NCBI GenBank assembly: GCA_964016885.1
Contig: OZ024741.1
Span: forward strand, 72,540,001-72,604,000
DNA length: 64,000 nt
From: Eledone cirrhosa
Lineage: Eukaryota
Reading direction: 5' to 3'
Shown: piece by piece, positions 1-12,696 of the stretch
Layout of the letters: each line of letters opens with the position of its first letter
How positions within the stretch are numbered: position 1 is the stretch's first letter
Notes under the pieces: generated by a model
Told to the model about the DNA's origin: nothing
Seen by the model: the letters and a program-made list of their open reading frames with translations, nothing else
Database searches by the model: none
Made by a program: the position numbers and the translations under genes

Positions 1-170
1 GAAAGCCTTTGTAGATCATGTACAGGTTTTGTGCAAGGAGAAGCTCTTTAAAAAATGTCAAAGAAATCGCATGAATGGTTTAGAATATATGAGCCCTCAT
101 TAAAAATTGTCCACATACACACACATACAGAAAACTTCATCTTTATATATATACAGATATACTTTGTGAA

Positions 171-375
171 GGCGTGTGGCTGAGTGGTTAGAGAATTGGA
201 TTCGCAATCGTGAGGTTGATTCCCTAACCGGGCGATGCGTCATGTCCTTGAGCAAGACACTCAATTTCACGTTGTTCCTTCTACCTGGAGTTGCGACCGA
301 TAGATAGTATTAGCAATTGGAAAGACCAATGGAAACATTGTTTCCTCGGTCCGATTTGACGAAAGTCGATCGTTC
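171..375 (+). mobile_element. tRNA-derived SINE with CORE-like domain (family A)
   Basis: A-box-like TGGCTGAGTGG, B-box-like GGTTGATTCC, then TGTCCTTGAGCAAGACACT (resembles the CORE-SINE domain). Homologous copy at 6841-7015. Confidence 0.75.
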
Positions 376-401
376 CTTTATGCATTTATGCATATAATAA
401 T

Positions 402-1280
402 AATTGTTTCTACTTTAGGGACAAGGCCAGCAATTACCCAGTTCATTACTGGTACTTTATTTTATCGACCCCGTAAGGATGAAAGGCAAAGTCAACCTCG
501 GCGGGATTTGAACTCAGATCGTAAAGGGACGTAACTATGCTGGAAAGCATGGCGTCCGACCCTCTACCGATACTGCCAATCCACCATGGTTTCTTATATA
601 GGCACAAGGCCAGCATTTTTGGCGGAGGGGAAAGTCGATTAAAACGACCCCAGTGCGTGACTGGTACTTTATTTTATCGACCCCATAAGGATGAACGGCA
701 AAGCTAACCTCAGCGAGATTTGAACTCAGAATGTAAAGGGACATAACTCTATACTGCAAAATATGGTGTCTGACGCTCTACCGATAAATAATAATAACAA
801 TTGTTTCTACTTTTGGTACAAGGCCAGCAATTACCCCAGTGCATTACTGGTACTTTATTTTATCGACCCCCGTAAGGATGAAAGGCAAAGTTAACCTCGG
901 TGGGATTTGAACTCAGATACAAAAGGGCCGTAACTCTATGCTACAAAGCATGCGCCCGACTCTCTACCGATACTGCAAATAATAAAGCCTTCTTTATTAA
1001 CCACAAGGGTTGACATAAAGTATAACATTAAGGACAGCACAGGACGGTACAGGGCGGTACAGGACGGTACAAATGGGCATTTCTGCGTGTAATAATTGTT
1101 TCTACGTTAGGCACAAGGCCAGCAATTAACTAGTGTATTACTGGTACTTTATTTTATCGACCCCGTAAGGATGAAAGGTAAAGTTAACTTCGGCGGGATT
1201 TGAACTCAGAATGGAAAGGGCCGTAACTCTATGCGCCAAAGCATGGCATCCGACACTCTACCAATACTGCCAATCCACCA
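402..1280 (-). mobile_element. Cluster of four copies of a tRNA-derived SINE (family B)
   Basis: Copies at about 402-585, 588-786, 800-980 and 1092-1280. Minus strand reads TGGCAGTATCGG (A box)...GAGTTCAAATCC (B box)...GCCTTTCATCCTTACGGGGTCGATAAAATAAAGTACCAGT...GGCCTTGTGCCTAA, ending in an ATT tail. Confidence 0.85.
985..1078 (-). mobile_element. Short 3' end of a Tx1-like LINE with 10-bp internal repeats
   Basis: Minus strand CCCTTGTGGTTAATAAAGAA matches the Tx1 3' ends at ~12660 and ~14350. The plus strand has CAGGACGGTA-type repeats. Confidence 0.45.
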
Positions 1281-1444
1281 AATAATTTTGTTTTATTTTA
1301 TCAATGGTGAGGGTGATGGTAAGACCAATGGGGCGTATCGAAATATTGTGAAGATGGCCACAACGAAAAGACGACGTTATGTGGATAACTAGAGAAATAT
1401 CGATATGTCACGAATTGAGACGTATACGTAGAGACTCTCTTTCA

Positions 1445-1607
1445 CACACATATACATATAGATAAATATATGTCTTTGTCTCTGTGTGTGTGTGTGTGTG
1501 TGTGCGTGTGTGTGTGTGTGTGTAATACTGACGTAAACATACACACTGACACATGTGCACAAACACATAAAGTAAAGGCGACAAGTCACATACACACACA
1601 CACACAC

Positions 1608-1644
<37 letters not shown>

Positions 1645-1649
1645 CACGC

Positions 1650-1745
<96 letters not shown>

Positions 1746-1800
1746 ATAGATAGAGAGAGAAAGAGAGAGAGAGAGAGAGGGAGAGAGAGAGGAGAGAGGG
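1445..1800. repeat. Compound microsatellite (TG)n/(CA)n/(TA)n/(GA)n
   Basis: Seen directly. Confidence 0.95.
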
Positions 1801-2280
1801 GGGTTGGAAATTTGGTGTTTGTATATCCAACTGTGCGTATCGGAATACTATAGTAGCGAATGAAAGTGGCAGACGAAGAAAATATCGTTATTTGGACGAC
1901 GAGAGTAGTTGCAAGGTTTCAGGAAACCTCCCTGCATATTCATGTTTGTAGAAGAATGTTAGAGGTTAGTTTTAATACAATTCAACATTGTATGAATAGG
2001 GGAAAATGGCAGCATTACGAAGCAAACCCTCATCCAGTAAAAGCGGCGACAGGGAGAGGTGTGAAGTAGGGAAGATTTTTCATTGAATTATGTTCTGTGT
2101 TATTCTCCCTTTTTCAACTGTAATGTCTTTGGGATATTCAATGTATGAAAGGGTTCGAAAATTGTGTTTGTGTTTGAGAAAGAAATGAAATACTCATTGA
2201 TGCATGTTTGGAATTTGCACAAAGCCAAACGATCTGCTTATCATAGAAGAAAGATAATTATATTGAAAGCGTTATTATAT

Positions 2281-2595
2281 CCGCATGGCTTAGTAGATAT
2301 GGTGTTCGGCTCACGATTGTATAGTCGAGTGTTCGATGCTGTGACCGGAGGACATGTTGTGTCTTTCAGCAAGACACTTTATTTCACGTTGCTCTAGTCC
2401 ATTTGGCTAGAAAAAAAGAAGAGTTGTACCTGTAATTCAAAGGGTCAGTCTTATCACATACTGTCACGCCGAACATATCTGCGAACTACATTAAAAGTAT
2501 ATATGCCTGTGGAATGCACCTTAATTTCACAAACAGGTTGTTCTGTTGATCAAATCAACTGAAGAAATCTTCCTGATAACCAACGAAAATCCAAC
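2281..2595 (+). mobile_element. Degenerate CORE-like tRNA SINE
   Basis: TGGCTTAGTAG...GTTCGATGC...GTGTCTTTCAGCAAGACACTTTATTTCACGTTGCTC. Confidence 0.65.
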
Positions 2596-3893
2596 CACAA
2601 TTATGTCCCTTTACAGCCAACCGAAGATCAGCGACTGCATGAGGTAAGGCAAACCAATAAACTGAGGGAGCCGCTTTGAATTATCGTATGATACCAGATT
2701 ACTTCTGGTTGCATGAAACAGCTGACACCTCACATTTCCAATATATTATTCCTCTTTCTACACCCCTAACACACTATTATATACACGCACACGATACTAG
2801 TGTGAAGAGTGTAAATATTTAATTTGTAAGTAGAAAAGTGGCAGTGATATCGAAGCTTCAGCTTAGTCGCTTCATATATATATTGTTAGTCTGTTCCCAT
2901 CGCTTCATCCATTAAACAAGTTATTCCTCTTTGACATAGCGGAATTAACAGAATATGATTAAAAGTAACTTACTTTTATGAAAATGACAAAAAGAAAGGG
3001 AAAAAAGGAAAAGAAGAGGAGGGTAAAAAGATGAGGTGAGGGAAATTTCTACTAGCTTGGCTGGGCGGTGAATCTCAACTGTGGTCTGCGAAAAACATGG
3101 CGAAAACATTTCTGCAGAGAACAGCCAGCGATACCTGCTTCATCGGTCATTCCACCTCGCGGGGGACTTTCCACGGAGACGATAATCTCCTGATTCAGCG
3201 GAGGAAAATTGCAGTCGGGAAACTGAGGACATAAAAGATCTTGATGGTGGCCTACACAAAAAGCAAATGTCAGATAATACATGGTATTTAGTCAAAATAT
3301 TGTCCAGCCTAAATTTGCACAAGTCACATTAGAAATCAATTGAGAAAGAGAATTACAAGTAGAACTTACGTCACATTATCTCTATAAATCATTGGGCTCA
3401 AACTACTGAATGGGTTCATTGGGAATTTAAACCTGGCAGAGCCCATTTCCTCCCCAAGTCTGAATACTGCCGATTTCTTCCAGTAAAAAAAGAAACAAAG
3501 AGAGAGAACGTGGAAGAACTGATACCAACAGTGAACCGGTACTTTGTTTATCGATTTCCAAACATGAACTGTTGGATTTGAACTAAAGACACATACAGCC
3601 AGATAGAATACGGCAAAACATTCTGTGTGACGATCTAACAACTTTACTACTTCGCTTCCAATATCTCTATGTAACACGATAGCATAACACTGAAAGAATT
3701 AGCGTCAATAAAACAAGCTATATGTATTATTTGTATCCCAGAGAGGAAGACAAATGTTCGGAAATATTCACAGCAAGACAAAAATTCTCCCAAGACGCAG
3801 AAGAAAGATTTGGAATCGCTTAAATGTACAAACGATTAAGAATGGCATTGATAGAAATTGAAAGGTAGCATTGAAGGAAAGCAAGTCTGTTGA

Positions 3894-3924
<31 letters not shown>

Positions 3925-3958
3925 TGTATGTATGTATGTATGTATGTATGTATGTATG

Positions 3959-4985
3959 TTATCTCTTTCTCTTAATTTCGAGTATATTTTTTTTGACCGG
4001 CCACCTTCCTGGTGGCAAGGTTGTAAAAGAAAAGAAATTGTCATCCTTGAATCGCAAGAATGTTTTGCAAATTTTGAAGGTGCCAGCTATCGCAGCCATT
4101 TGTAGACTATGAATTAGGGAGCTGCGCTTTTTGTCCGCAAATCCAAGTTTAGTCATACTTTGGTCCAAGCGGGTTGGTATATAACCCGTAGCTCCAATAA
4201 TGATGGGTATGAAGCTAAAGGTGTATCTTGGATACTGGATTTGTAAACTCCTCATCAATGGTCCGTAGATGTCCTCCTTCTCCTGTATTTTTCTGACAAC
4301 GTTTACATCAAGTGGGCAGCTGATCTCCACAACAGAACACGTTTTCAATGTGTGGTCCCAAACAACAATATCAGGCCGGTTGTGCTTTAATTTGGTGGCA
4401 GTTTTTATTTTCAGGTTCCACCAGTATTCCTTCATGCCATCTGTCACAATATATCCTTCCTCGTTTGTTGTTAATTTTATTTTCCGAAGTGCGTTCCAGA
4501 TGGGTCTAGCTATCCCATCGTGTCTCATGGGGAGGTAGTAGCGAGATGACATTCTTTCGCAGCTGGCAACAATGTGGCTTACATCCTCGATATTTCTTTT
4601 ACATAGCCTACATTTATTGTCAGCTGCTGGCCCTCCTCTTTTGTGCAGCAGATATTTGGTAGGGAGTTCTTGTTCCTGTATTGCATAGAGATATCCCTCA
4701 AGGTGTGATGTCATAAACTTGTCGGAACTCCATGCAAGGCTTTTTGAGTGGTTTATCCCCTCTATGGTCTGTGTTTTACGTCTCAAGTATCCATGCACAA
4801 CTTTTTTTGTAAATTGGTCAATTTTGTTTATGTTGTTTGAACATTGAATAGGATCTTACGATTTCTCTGGGTGAGAGATTTATATCAGGCTTTATTCAAT
4901 ATCTCTCCTCCAGATCAGTCGCTATTCTAATGATATTTTTTTTTTCATGCTCATAAACCTGGGCAAGATGGTTGCCAACCTTTTT
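3959..4985 (-). mobile_element. 5'-truncated R4/Dong-like non-LTR retrotransposon (CCHC zinc knuckle + restriction-like endonuclease)
   Basis: ORF 3959-4798 has CRLC-x8-H-x4-C, RHD, KHNRPDIVVWD...VVEISCP...K (PD-(D/E)xK RLE). Its 3' end abuts (CATA)n at 3896-3958. Confidence 0.88.
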
Positions 4986-5127
4986 TGTATGTATGTATGT
5001 ATGTATGTATGTATGTATGTATGTATGTATGTATGTATGTATGCCAACCTTTATTGTATGTATGTATGTATGTATGTATGTATGTATGTATGTATGTATG
5101 TATGTATGTATGTATGTATGTATGTAT

Positions 5128-5723
5128 GTCAGGTCACCAGCTTGTGCTACTGGTAACATGTATCCCAGTACAACCTGTCTCATGGCGACTAAACTGGCAA
5201 TCCCACCAAGGTTTCTTGGTGAGGAGGGTGACTTTGGACATCCTGCAGGACTAAAAACAAAACCTGTCAAAGGGCAAAGGAGCTCTTAAGAGTCAATGGC
5301 CATCCAAAATCACCGGGAGAGATGACCCCTTAGATTTTGTCAAGGCAGAATTCTAGGAGAAGGAAAACTCTGATATAACACCTGCAACCCTGATGGTATC
5401 CAATGATGTTGACTTGTTCTTCTTTTTGGTAAATATCATCTTGGTTAAGAGAGTGGGACTGGCTTTGTGCAGTGCCTTTGCTCACTATAAAAGCTTCACG
5501 GCACAGGCATTGCTTTATATCTGGAGATCTCTCTGCACTTGTCGTCACATGGTACCATGGGCCTAGCACTATGTGTCAATAATTGTCACAAGTGTAGTGT
5601 TTGTACCAGAGTTTTCAAGTCGCTGGCTGGACTAAAAAGTCACACTCGTATAGCGCATCAGTAGGGGTTCTCCTACATGGATATAAAGTAGTGGCCATAC
5701 TCGAAAACGAGTTGGCAGCCACC
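5128..5723 (+). mobile_element. ~600-bp non-coding retroelement in (TATG)n, copy 1
   Basis: Near-identical to 5796-6402 and to the reverse complement of 31954-32557. Ends in a stem-loop GTGGCCATACTCGAAAACGAGTTGGCAGCCACC followed by (ATGT)n. Confidence 0.8.
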
Positions 5724-5795
5724 ATGTATGTATGTATGTATGTATGTATGTATGTATGTATGTATGTATGTATGTATGTATGTATGTATGTATGT

Positions 5796-6402
5796 GTCAG
5801 GTCACCAGTTGGTGCTACTGGTAACATGTATCCCAGTACAACCTGTCTCATGGTCGGGTCGTTGGCTACTAAACTGGCAACCCCACCAAGGTTTCTTGGT
5901 GAGGAGGGTGACTTTGGACATCCTGCAGGACTAAAAACAAAATCTATCAAAGGGCAAAGGAGCTCTTAAGAGTCAATGGCCATCCAAAATCACCGGGAGA
6001 GATGACCCCTTAGCCTTTGTAAAGGCAAAATTCTAGGAGAAGGAAAACTCTTATATAACACCTGCAACCCTGATAGTATCTAATGATGTTGATTTGTTCT
6101 TCTTTTTGGTAAATATCATCTTGGTTAAGAGAGTGGGACTGGCTTTGTGCAGTGCCTTTGCTCACTATAAAAGCTTCACGGCACAGGTATTGCTTTGTAT
6201 TTGGAGATCTCTCTGCACTTGTCGTCACATGGTACCATGGGCCCAACACTATGTGTCAATAATTGTCACAAGTGTAGTGTTTGTACCAGAGTTTTCAAAT
6301 CGCTGACTGGACTAAAATGTCACACTCGTTCAGCGCATCGGTAGGGGTTCTCCTACATGGATAAAAGTAGTGGCCGTACTCGAAAACGAGTTGGCAGCCA
6401 CC
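5796..6402 (+). mobile_element. ~600-bp non-coding retroelement in (TATG)n, copy 2
   Basis: Direct repeat of 5128-5723, with (TATG)n on both sides. Confidence 0.8.
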
Positions 6403-6469
6403 ATGTATGTATGTATGTATGTATGTATGTATGTATGTATGTATGTATGTATGTATGTATGTATGTATG

Positions 6470-6800
6470 TTTCTCTTTCTCTTAATTTCGAGTACATTTT
6501 GGACCGGCCACCTTCCTTGTGGCAAGGTTGTAAAAGAAAAGAAATTGTCATTCCTTGAATCGCAAGAATGTTTTGCAAATTTTGAAGGTGCCAGATATCG
6601 CAGCCATTTGTAGTCTATGAATTACAGAGCTGCGCTCTTTGTCCCCGAATCCAAGTTCAGTTATACTTCGGTCCAAGCAGGTTGGTATATAACCTGTAGC
6701 GCTAATAATGATGGGTATGAAGCTGAAGGTGTATCTTGGATACTGGATCTGCAAACTCCTCATCAATAATCCGTAGATCTCTTCCTTCTCCTGTATTTTT
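6470..6800 (-). mobile_element. Second, shorter 3' fragment of the R4/Dong-like element
   Basis: Matches 3960-4290 (MRSLQIQYPRYTFSFIPIII...KICKTFL). The 3' end again abuts (CATA)n. Confidence 0.88.
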
Positions 6801-6840
6801 TTTATATGTATGTCTGTTTGTCTGTATGTATATATATATG

Positions 6841-7015
6841 GTGAATGCGCGTGGTTGAGTGGTTAGAGAATTAGATTCCCGGACTGCGTGATGCGTTATG
6901 TCCTTGAGCAAGGCACTTTATTTTACGCTGTTCCTTCTGCCTGGATTTTCGACCGGTAGATAGTATTAGCAATTGGAAAGACCAATGGAAACATTATTTC
7001 GGTCCGATTTGACGA
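6841..7015 (+). mobile_element. Family A SINE copy
   Basis: Aligns with 171-362. Confidence 0.75.
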
Positions 7016-7484
7016 GTCCACCCCACTCGGATCTTGTCGATCGACTGTCGACACACACATATACGCATATGTATATGAATATATCTTTTATTCATTCATT
7101 TATTGAAAATTAACCTAGAGTTAGAATGTTGAACGTACGTATTTTTTTTACTATGAAAATTGTGTAACAAATTGGGTGTAAAAGCTCAAATTGTTTGACT
7201 ATTTTTCATGCTAAAAAAATAAGTACATTAATTTTCAAAGGTTAAGTTTCAAAGTTAATATAGGTGTGTGCGTGTGGGGTGGGTGTATACACAATAAAAT
7301 GGTGAGCTGTGTGGTGGCAATTATGTATAATGTAAAATAAAAGTTACGAGCGAAAGAGAGGAATATCAATCATCAGTTGTCTGCTAGGAATCATAGGTAT
7401 TTCTTCGTGTTAGAGACAAGATACCTCAGCTTAGGTCGAACAATAACTAAAATAAGTTATAAGGAGAATATTTATGTTGAAATA

Positions 7485-7693
7485 ATAATTTCTAGTATAG
7501 GCACAAGGCCAGTAATTTTGGGGGTGGGAAAGTCGATTAAATCGATCCCCTGTACGTTACTGGTACTTTATTTTATCGACCCCGTAAAGATGAAAGGCAA
7601 ATTTAACCTCGGTGGGATTTGAACTCAGATCGTAAAGGACCGTAACTCTATGCTGCAAAGTATGGTGTCCGACTCTACTGCCAATCCACCGCC
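7485..7693 (-). mobile_element. Family B SINE copy
   Basis: Same motifs as 402-585. Confidence 0.85.
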
Positions 7694-8174
7694 CTTATGT
7701 TGAAATAATGAGAAATCTACGGATATTCGTCACTGACTATACCTTTAGATTTGTACCTGTAACATGGTACTAACTGACTCGGTACATATCTTGAGAAGCT
7801 GCGCTTCGTAGAACCAGAGGGAGCACAGTTAATTAGGAAGTTGCAAGAACAGTCCATTAATGGAACTGTAAAAATATGTAATAAATTTCAGAAACTCAGC
7901 ATGTAATAACTACATATACACGCATATTGAGATAGAAACATACATCTGTTTTTATGCATATATAACTCAAAACAGACAGATATGCAATAACATTTATACC
8001 TGCACACAGAAATTTATAGAGACATACATATTTACTTAGTTAATGTTTACATTCCAATGAAACAGCCTTGTTTCTGTGTTAGTAACCGGCTCTGTATTTG
8101 CGGCCTTCATGTTACCATTGCTTTAGCAGGGGTCACCTGAGGGCTTCCTGTCCTAAATTAATGAATAAAAAAAG

Positions 8175-11100
8175 GCTCTTCTGCCGACACACATCAAAAC
8201 AACACAACCACCAACACCACCACAACGACAACAACACCAACACACAAAAATAACCACAACAAACACATTCCCACCCAACCCCACTCCACCTAAAACCACT
8301 GCAAAATCACATACAGACACAACAGCTCCCCAAGACATACCCCTCCCCAATCACACAGACGATACAACAGATGAGGCTATCTCGCCATCACCCAGTGAAG
8401 ACGAGGGAGAACCCCATCGCTCGAAAAGAAAGAAAAGACATCACAAAAGCAAAAAACCAGCAAACACTACCACAAACATACAACCACCAACACAAACAAC
8501 AAAAACATCACAAACAAAACCCCCACCTCCTGAAAACAAAATACCTACAACAAAACGAAAGCACACACAAGAACTACAGACAAAAACAAACACAACACAA
8601 GAAAATTACACTTACACTTACATAAACACTGAAAACAAAACACTAATGGAGACCATCACGAACGACCCCTCGGTTTTCACCAAAGGGAAAGCTTTCGCCC
8701 ACTCTATTAAAAATAGCAAAAAACTGAACCTAAAACTGATTAGGGTCTCTATACAAACTTATAGGTTCCTAAAAGAAACATTTGAGAAGAATGTGGGGAA
8801 TTCCTGCGTGAAACCACTCAACCGCGTCCTTCTCAAATGTCTCCCCACCCCAGACACTCCCATCCCACCAGACCCCACCCCACCAAACATCTCTGTCCCC
8901 ACCCCACCGGAAACCACCACCCATCCAGACAACCCCTCCAACACCCCCATGGAAATCGTGCGGCCTGGTTCCCAGGAGACGAAGGGTGAGTGATCTCTTT
9001 TCCTCTTTTAACTTTTCAGCACCAACATGGCCAATATAAGAGTTGGATGTGTGAACGTACGCGGCCTGAGGATGCCCTGGAAACAGGGCAAACTCTTAAA
9101 CGACCTCAGGTCGCACAGTATGGATGTGGTAGTCATTTGCGAGTCCAGGATCCACAGCGAGCGACAGCTGGCCCCCATCTTCGATGACTTTGAGATCTAC
9201 GCATCTCTCTGACAACCGGGGATGGGGGGTGGGGGGAGGAGTTGCCGTTTTGCTGCGGAAACACCTGGGCCTCGTAACACAGACGGTACATCTGGACCCG
9301 GAGTGTCGACTGGTGGTACTAGACGTTGACGGTTGTGAAGGTGGAGCCTTCAGGCTGGTGGCCGCATATGCCCCATCCGGGACACCGCGGCCAGACTTCT
9401 TCAAACATCTAGAGACTTTTCTGGGAACGTCCCGCTCCTTGCTTTTAGTGGGGGACTGGAATGGAATACTAGATGCACGTTGGGACTATGTGGGAGCATG
9501 TCCCGATAAAGGGGGGTGTAACAGCCTCAAACAGTTAATCGACCGATTTGACCTGGCCGATAGATATCGACTAGATTTTCCGACTGCACCACTGTGGACG
9601 TGGACTAATCGTAGCGGAACATCTAGATCGTACCTATAGGGTTCTAGTTAGAAATAAAGATAGGGACATGTTAAGCTGTCCACAAATATTCATGGTTGCC
9701 TATTCAGATCACAAACTAGTGACCTGCATGGCCAACCTTGATAGAACCCATAGACAAGGTCCCGGCTACTGGAAGCTGAACTTGTCGTTACCGACAAGCA
9801 AAGCCTACAGTAGACGGATTAGCACTTTAGTTAAACAGCACTTGACTGGGGCAATTGTCAACAACAGATGGTGGTACTCTCTCAAGATGGCAGTTAGATT
9901 AGACTCGTTAGTTTTTAGTAAAGAATTAGCGTTAGATAGAAATAGAACCGAGAAGGAACTGGTAGATAAAGTAGAAGAGGCAATTAGAAGTGGCAACGTA
10001 GCCAGCGTGCTAGCAACGAGAACGGCCTTGGACCAGTTCTTCGACGCAAATCACGAGGGCTGCGTTGTCAGAAGCAAAATACGTGCTCTGGGAAACGAGG
10101 GAGCCAAAGCTGTTAGCTGGGCCCGAGTGGCGGAGGCAAAAAGTGGCAACAAGTCCACGATTCGGTCTTTGAAGGACCAAAACGGACGCGTGATACGTGA
10201 GCCGAAGCAGATGTGTGCGGCCTTTCAGCGGCACTTTGCTCAACTGTTCGGGAGAGGCGGCGCACCGGGAGGGGCTATGGATTTCGGTCCATACCTCGAC
10301 GGCCTACCGCGAAAAGCCGATTTCAGCCGCTGAGATAGGGGACGCGCTGAGCCAATGCGGCAAAGGCAAATCTCCATGTCTCGACGGTCTACCCTACGAA
10401 TTTTACGTAGCAATGCCGGACTTATTCTCCGGTCTCCTGGAAGCGGTCTACTGCAACTGGCAACAGAACGGGAGAATTCCCAGTTCTGTAACCGGGGGCG
10501 TGGTCACACTAATCAGGAAGGACGAGAATAAGGGGGATGACATAGGCAACTTCCGGCCCATAACTCTGCTAAACACAGAGTTACAGATTTTGGCCAAGGT
10601 GTTGGCAAAGGGGCTGGCGCTTGTCGTCGGGAACCTGGTGGGAGAAGCGCAGACATGCGCAATCCCGATCAGGTCCATACACGACAACCTCCACCTCATG
10701 CGATACATCATAGAGAGGGTAGGGTGTAAACCCGGCTTCGGTGGGGCCCTGATCAACTTGGATCAGTCTAAGGCTTTCGATAGGGTTGACCATCGTTACC
10801 TGGAAGCGGTGCTCGAGACGGCAGGCTTCGGACCCGTGTTCAGGTGCTGGATTGCTGCAATGCACAACAGCAACATCTGCTCAAGGGTCAAGGTGAACGG
10901 CTACCTCTCGGAGCCGTTCCATATTACGCGATCCATTCGACAGGGATGCCCTCTCTCCTCCCTTCTGTACGTACTGACTCTCGAGCCACTACCGCGGAAG
11001 TTGGAGTTATTGCAGGGCATCCCTCTGGAACCGGGACTGCGGAAAGCGGCGTCGGCCTGTGCCGACGACGTGACAGTAATGGTGTCGAGCGCCTCGCAAA

Positions 11101-12680
11101 TCGAGGAAGTCGGCACCTTACTGAAGGAATACGAAAGGTTCACAGGAGCGAAGCTGAACCGGGACAAGTCCATCGGTTTGCAACTCGGATCGTGGAGAGG
11201 CAAACCGATGCCTTCCGATGGCGTCGTCGGACGCTGGACGGAAGGACCGGTAAAGCTGCTCGGGGTCTGGTTTGGTCCGGACCTCCAGGTGGGGAAGAAC
11301 TGGAACGAAGTGACGGCCAAGGTGTTTGCACTCACCCAGAAGTGGGCCGAGTGAAAACTATCCTTGAAAGGTCGAGCGGAGGTGGCGAACACTTTTATAG
11401 CGTCCGCCATCTACTACCGTTTGACCGTCGTGCCTTGTCCAGCCAAAATGCTCGCCAAAATGGAGCGCGCGCTCTTCCAATTCCTTTGGAAGGGGCGGGC
11501 TCCTTTGGTGAGAAGATCCATCTGCTGCCAATACCCTTCTAACAGAGGGCTGGGGGTGCCGTGGTTGACGATGCGCAAACACGCGCTCAGGCTGCGGCAT
11601 CTCTACGTATTCCTGACCGGATAACCGGTGTGGGCTCCGTTCGTGAGGCGAGCCTTCCCACGACTCGTCTCGCTGACCGAGCTGCAGTCCTGGGTCAAGC
11701 AAAGACTGAGGAAAATGGGCGACTGGCACATCGAATGTGCTCAGGCGCTCACAGCCCTCTGGCAGGCGGACCCGGCGATCAGTGGAGACTCCACTTCGTC
11801 ATTCTATAGAGGGTTGACCCACAGCAAGTGCGACGACGCGCTCGGTGAAACTCTAGGCGTAGAGGAAGATGAACTGGCCAGTCTGTTCGGTAAGACCTTC
11901 CGCCCGGGATCGATGAACAACTTCCAAATGTCCCTGGCCTGGCAGTGCTACCGAGGAGCTCTACCAGTTCGAGACAAGCTCAACAGACATGGGCGCCCGG
12001 GCAAGAACCCTGCAAAAAAGATGTGTCCGAGGTGTGTGCGAGACGAAGAAACCGTCGGGCACGCATTCATACACTGCCCGGGAGTCACTGACCTGTGGGG
12101 CTATGAAGAACGACTATTGTCGCGGGTGGGACCAATCCGGTTGACCACCGAGTCCATTGTCATGATCAAACCGCCACCCTCCTTCAAAAACGATGGAGAG
12201 GCGGTTTTCCTTTGTGTGATAGCTATGGCGAAAGAGGTTGTATGGTGGACAAGGTTGAAAGGGCTGAGGTCAGACACCTTTCTCTCCGGCCAACAACTGA
12301 TTCTTTTTTTCAAATACCACTTTGGAAGAAGAATCAGGATGGAGAGAGAGGTGCTGTACCCCAGCAAGTTTTATGAAAGGTGGGTGAAAGTGGCGAGAAT
12401 GGCTCGAGTGAATGGGCCTTCTCTCTATATCAGCCTGTAGGTTGAGGAAAAGGAGGAGGAGAGGAAAGGAGTACAAACTCTTCGTACTCGCTGAGATGAG
12501 GGTTGCACATTTTTTTCGGGGGTATGTGTTACCCATATAAACTGTCTCCCCCTATTGGGGAAAACCGACGAACTTTTTAAATTGCATTTGTGATAACATT
12601 TTACACGTTTTTATTGTATGTAAACTTCCCCCTTTGTATTTGTCCCCTTCTTTTGTGCCCCTGTGGCTAATAAAGAAACA
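8175..12680 (+). mobile_element. Tx1-clade (L1 group) LINE: ORF1 remnant + full-length but disrupted ORF2 + 3' UTR
   Basis: Thr/Pro/Lys-rich ORF1 remnant to 8993; ORF2 9027-12440; AATAAA at ~12668; (TATC) tail. Confidence 0.9.
9027..12440 (+). pseudogene. Tx1 ORF2: APE endonuclease - reverse transcriptase - CCHC, with several stops and frameshifts
   Basis: APE motifs NVRGL, VGDWN, SDH, GPGYWKLN. RT motifs FRPITLLN, LDQSKAFDRVDH, RQGCPLS, ADD. C-terminal CPRC-x8-H-x4-C. Confidence 0.92.
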
Positions 12681-12696
12681 TATCTATCTATCTATC

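Noticed and set aside
171-260. tRNA gene
   Set aside because: Only A/B boxes of a SINE head, with no cloverleaf, and it continues into SINE body.
5796-5900. HDV-like ribozyme at the 5' end of the 600-bp unit
   Set aside because: P2-, P4- and J4/2-like pieces exist (CCAGT/ACTGG, CTAA), but I could not build P1 and P3/L3.
10844-11542. 232-aa overlapping ORF and other alternative or antisense ORFs within Tx1 and PLE genes
   Set aside because: Shadow frames of GC-rich RT coding sequence.
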